Assembly: GCA_965227515.1 (NCBI GenBank)
Contig: CBDDFZ010000002.1
Coordinates: forward strand, 928,001 to 992,000
Source of the DNA: Alphaproteobacteria bacterium
GTDB lineage: Bacteria > Pseudomonadota > Alphaproteobacteria > CALKHQ01
Direction of reading: 5' to 3'
DNA length: 64,000 nt
In this document: positions 60,487 to 64,000 of the stretch, in pieces
Layout: every line of letters begins with the position of its first letter
How positions within the stretch are numbered: the stretch's first letter is position 1
The notes under the pieces: generated by a model
The model's input: the letters and a program-made list of their open reading frames with translations, nothing else
The model's database searches: none
Told to the model about the DNA's origin: nothing
Position numbers and translations under genes: made by a program

Positions 60487-60984
60487 ATGAGGATCTTCGG
60501 CAGCATTGCCCTGGCGGGCGCGATGGCGGTTCTGGCCGCACCGGTGGCACGTGCCGCCGACCTGGGGCTGGGCATGCTGGCCTATGACCAGGGCCAGTAT
60601 GCGGCCGCGCTCGCGGAGTGGGTGCCGCTGGCCGAGGACGGCAATGCCATGGCGCAGGCCCTGCTCGGGCTGATGTACCGCACCGGCGAAGGCGTGGTGC
60701 GCGATCCGGCTGTTGCCGCCGACTGGTACGGGCGCGCGGCGCGCCAGGGCCATCCCTACGCCCAGTTCAATCTCGCCGAGATGCTGCGCGACGGGGAGGG
60801 CGTGGCGGCCGATCCGGTGCGGGCTTATGTCTGGTTCTCGCTCGCCGCCGAGGGGATTCCCGTCGGCGAGGACGGCACCAATGCCGCCAGCCGGGCGCGC
60901 GACGTGCTTGGCGCCACAATGAGCGAGGACGCCATTGCAGAGGCACGCGCGCTGGCGCCGCCACTGGTCGATGGCCAACAGTGA
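60487..60984 (+). CDS. secreted Sel1-repeat protein
   Basis: Signal peptide; AEDGNAMAQ..LG.MY..GEGV, AARQGHPYAQFNL. Confidence 0.88.
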   Translation: MRIFGSIALAGAMAVLAAPVARAADLGLGMLAYDQGQYAAALAEWVPLAEDGNAMAQALLGLMYRTGEGVVRDPAVAADWYGRAARQGHPYAQFNLAEMLRDGEGVAADPVRAYVWFSLAAEGIPVGEDGTNAASRARDVLGATMSEDAIAEARALAPPLVDGQQ

Positions 60985-61133
60985 GGCCACCCCACAGGGC
61001 ATGTGCGATCAATCACTGACACCGGCTTCGTGACTGGCGTGTGATGGCGGCCGATGACTAGGTTTCGTCCTGCATTTCAAGGCCCGGCTTGAGCCACGGC
61101 TGGGCGACCATGGGCACATTGGGGAGAAGTCAC

Positions 61134-61547
61134 ATGCGAATTCGCGCAACGATTCGGGCGTTGGCGGGGCTTGCGGCGAGCGGAGTGATGGCAGCCAGCG
61201 GGGCGACCGCGTTAGCGGACGGCGATGCGGCGGCCGGCGAGCGGGTGTTCCGGCAGTGCCTGGTCTGCCACAGCCTTGCCGAGGGCCAGAACGGTGTCGG
61301 CCCGTCTTTCTATGGCCTGTACGGTCGCACAGCGGGCACGGTGGAAGGCTACAACTACACCCCGGCGATGGCGGAGTCCGGCGTGGTGTGGAACGCGGAA
61401 AACCTGGATGCGCACCTGTCCGATGTCGCGGGGTTCATTCCCGGCAACCGGATGGCGCTGGTCAATCCGCAGGGCATCCCCGATGCACAGCAGCGCGCCG
61501 ACCTGATCGAGTACCTGAAGCAGGCGACCAGCGGCCCGGGCAACTGA
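61134..61547 (+). CDS. cytochrome c2-type class I cytochrome
   Basis: GDAAAGERVF, CLVCH, VGP...G..GR.AG, IPGNRM. Confidence 0.9.
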   Translation: MRIRATIRALAGLAASGVMAASGATALADGDAAAGERVFRQCLVCHSLAEGQNGVGPSFYGLYGRTAGTVEGYNYTPAMAESGVVWNAENLDAHLSDVAGFIPGNRMALVNPQGIPDAQQRADLIEYLKQATSGPGN

Positions 61548-61621
61548 GAGGCTAGGGCGACTGAGACTCGTGCCGGCCACCCGCGCGTCCATGAACGCAG
61601 ACGCGCGGGGGCCCATGTGGC

Positions 61622-63628
61622 TTAGACGAAGAACCCGGGCTGGTCCAACAGCACCAGCGATACGCCGTCGTCGAAGGTGTATTCCACGCCGCGGAACCCG
61701 TAACGCTCCGCCGCGCCTGCCGCGTCGGCCAGGCTGTGCACTTCCTCGCCGTTCAGTGTGACACCCTCGAAAACGATCTCGTCGTGCCGCTCATCGAAGT
61801 CGGTGATGATGTCGCGTTCCGACGCGCCGGTAACGACGAAGCGGTCGTCACCCTTGCCGCCGGTCAGAACATCCAGGCCTGCGCCGCCATTGAGGATGTC
61901 GTCGCCGCGACCGCCGTCAATGTAGTCGTTGCCGTCAAGACCGACGAGTTGATCGTCGCGCTTGGTGCCATTCAGCCAGTCCGACCGGTCGGTTCCGAAC
62001 TTGGTCCGAACCGACGTATCTGCCTCAACGCCGATTGTGGTGGCGACCTCGGCACTGGCGCCGTCCAGGCCGCGTTCGTCGTAGACCGTGATGGTGATGT
62101 GTCGAAGCGCCTCGCTCGGATCGTCGGTTCGGCTCTCGAACGACAGGCTTTGCAGCACCTCCTGGTATTCCTCGGCAGTGGCGGCGCCGGCCAGGGTCAG
62201 CACGCCGTCCTTGGCGTCGTACGAGGCGCGGATGCCCGACCCTTTCTCGATTTCGACATTCAGTATGTCGTCGCGTTTGTCGAAGCCTTCAGCGATCCTG
62301 ATCTGCGCGCCGGACAACACGCTCGAATCGGCATCGGTGATCGCGAGGTCAGTCGCGAAGTCGACGGCTGGCCCGCCTTCGCGGTAGGTGAGCGGGTGCG
62401 GCAGTTCGGTGCCGTCGTCATATTCGGCAACCGCGCGTGGACGGTTTGCGATCGTGGGATCGAGGGCGTTCGACAGCGAGACGACGGTCTCGCCGGCATC
62501 CATGTAGTCGCCGTCGCCGTTGAGATCGCTGAGCCGGGCGACATTCTTCTGTTCCGGGCCGGTGCCGTTGATCGTGAAGACGACGTCGCCATTGTCCATC
62601 GCCGCAATCGAGAAGCCGAAACGCGCGGCATAGCCGTCCGGCATGAAGCTCTCGTTCCACACCTCAACGGCCTCTTCCGGCGCGTCGATGGTGCCGGACC
62701 CATCCAGGTCGGTCAGCCGATAGATGGCGGGCGGGTTGGACGACGATCCGATCCAGGTATAGGTCAGAATGCTGCCATCCTGGGCCGCGTGCGCGATGTC
62801 GAGCGGCGCGCCGTAGTTCTCGGTGTCCGAGATGAACTCGGTCGCCTCGCCGGCATCGATGACGCCGTTGCCGTTCGCGTCCTCGATCCGCCAGACCACG
62901 TCCGGGTCTCCGCCGACGGTATCGGTCAGGTACGCGACATTGCCGACGAACGACAGGTCGAAGGCGGACGAGGATGCGTTGATCGTCTGCAGGTCGAGCC
63001 AGATGGTGGCCTCGCCGGCATCGTTCGCGTCGCCGTCGCCGTTCAGGTCCTCGGTGCGATAGATCGCGTCGACGGGCCTTGAGCTGACGCCCGCATTGAC
63101 GATGTAGATCGCGCCGTCGCCGCCCTCGGCCACGCCATTCGGTGTCGGCAGCGTGTACCCGGCGTCGTTCTCGGCTTCGGAGAACCAGACAGTGGCCTCA
63201 CCCGCGTCGTTGGCGTCGCCGTCGCCGTTGAGATCGCGCAGGCGGTAGACCGCGTCGGTGTCGCCGTCTCCAGCATAGACCGCCCCATCGGACGCCTGGT
63301 GGATGTTGAAGATGTTGCCGGTCGGGTCCGTCAGTCCGCTGGCATTACTGCCGTCGAAGAATACGCTCTGTTCCCCGGCATCCGCCGCGTCGCCGTCGCC
63401 GTTGAGGTCGGTCAGGCGATAGATCGCCTCGTCGGTCTGGTCCGCGAACAGGACTTGGCCGGACCATTGGTAAGCCGGGGTCAGCGACAGGTCCGGGGTC
63501 TCGGTCGTGGCCAGAATGTCGTCGTCGTTGGTGACAGGCTTGATCTCGACGCCGCGGTGGCTGCCGTGTCGGTGCGGGTGATGCCCCCACCAAGGGTTCC
63601 AGAACCTGCCGTAGTGTGATCCGCTCAT
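61622..63628 (-). CDS. secreted Ca-binding beta-propeller protein with Ig/cadherin-like domain and C-terminal RTX repeats
   Basis: GGAG RBS; six R..D(L/A)(N/D)G.G...D..E repeats; ITDADS...GA.IRI; GG.GDD.L repeats; D.ITDF. Confidence 0.8.
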   Translation of the reverse strand: MSGSHYGRFWNPWWGHHPHRHGSHRGVEIKPVTNDDDILATTETPDLSLTPAYQWSGQVLFADQTDEAIYRLTDLNGDGDAADAGEQSVFFDGSNASGLTDPTGNIFNIHQASDGAVYAGDGDTDAVYRLRDLNGDGDANDAGEATVWFSEAENDAGYTLPTPNGVAEGGDGAIYIVNAGVSSRPVDAIYRTEDLNGDGDANDAGEATIWLDLQTINASSSAFDLSFVGNVAYLTDTVGGDPDVVWRIEDANGNGVIDAGEATEFISDTENYGAPLDIAHAAQDGSILTYTWIGSSSNPPAIYRLTDLDGSGTIDAPEEAVEVWNESFMPDGYAARFGFSIAAMDNGDVVFTINGTGPEQKNVARLSDLNGDGDYMDAGETVVSLSNALDPTIANRPRAVAEYDDGTELPHPLTYREGGPAVDFATDLAITDADSSVLSGAQIRIAEGFDKRDDILNVEIEKGSGIRASYDAKDGVLTLAGAATAEEYQEVLQSLSFESRTDDPSEALRHITITVYDERGLDGASAEVATTIGVEADTSVRTKFGTDRSDWLNGTKRDDQLVGLDGNDYIDGGRGDDILNGGAGLDVLTGGKGDDRFVVTGASERDIITDFDERHDEIVFEGVTLNGEEVHSLADAAGAAERYGFRGVEYTFDDGVSLVLLDQPGFFV

Positions 63629-63786
63629 TCCTCACTCCAATTCGCGCCCTATGGCGTCGTTTCTCGGATCGCCCCGCTGTCCCGCTCGCGGAAGCCGGCA
63701 TCCCGCGCCTTGCCTCGGCCGAGGGTCGGCACGCGATGGCGGCTTCGGTGCCTACCTACCGAGCGGTGAGAATGATTGTCAATGAG

Positions 63787-63805
63787 AATGCGAGTCATTC
63801 GCATT
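63787..63805. promoter_or_regulatory. Fur/Mur-like 9-1-9 palindromic operator
   Basis: AATGCGAGT-C-ATTCGCATT (8 of 9 positions symmetric), about 160 bp upstream of the 63628 start. Confidence 0.6.
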
Positions 63806-64000
63806 CTTTCGATCTGACGGAGTTTTGTCCTTGCGGACCGGGCAACTGCCGGCGCGGCGGCGCGCAACACTGCATTGTGCTCGCAGCACTCACACGGATT
63901 TGACGGCACGCGCACATTCTGTTGACGACACGTGACGGAACGCCTTGAGGAACAGTTGGTAGACTAGGTATGCAAGGCATTCAGGCGCCGGATCGAGCGC

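Overview
GC-rich alphaproteobacterial chromosome segment (Rhodospirillales-like by gene content and repeat types; inference). Most of it is housekeeping or metabolic: pdxY, a rimK module, mgtE, sdhCDA, msrQ, megL, phhB, zapE, kynU, rnpB, divergent oxyR/katG, an M17 peptidase and panE. It also has many acidic secreted proteins, several as tandem paralogues, and dense intergenic REP/REPIN-like palindromes. Two regions stand out. (1) A complete IS110/IS1111-type element (6615-8034) is inserted at a CT core inside a GTAG-type REP. Its 3' non-coding end carries four short segments matching left target, right target, left donor and right donor in bridge-RNA order. (2) A roughly 3.2-kb AT-rich cassette sits directly after sdhA, where sdhB would be expected. 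It encodes a frameshifted membrane-anchored protein, an SPPY-type amino-methyltransferase-fold protein and a short fold-type II PLP enzyme, with no nuclease; it is a candidate undescribed base-modification/defence system. No tRNA, rRNA or CRISPR array was seen. All calls come from reading motifs by eye; no database searches were run.
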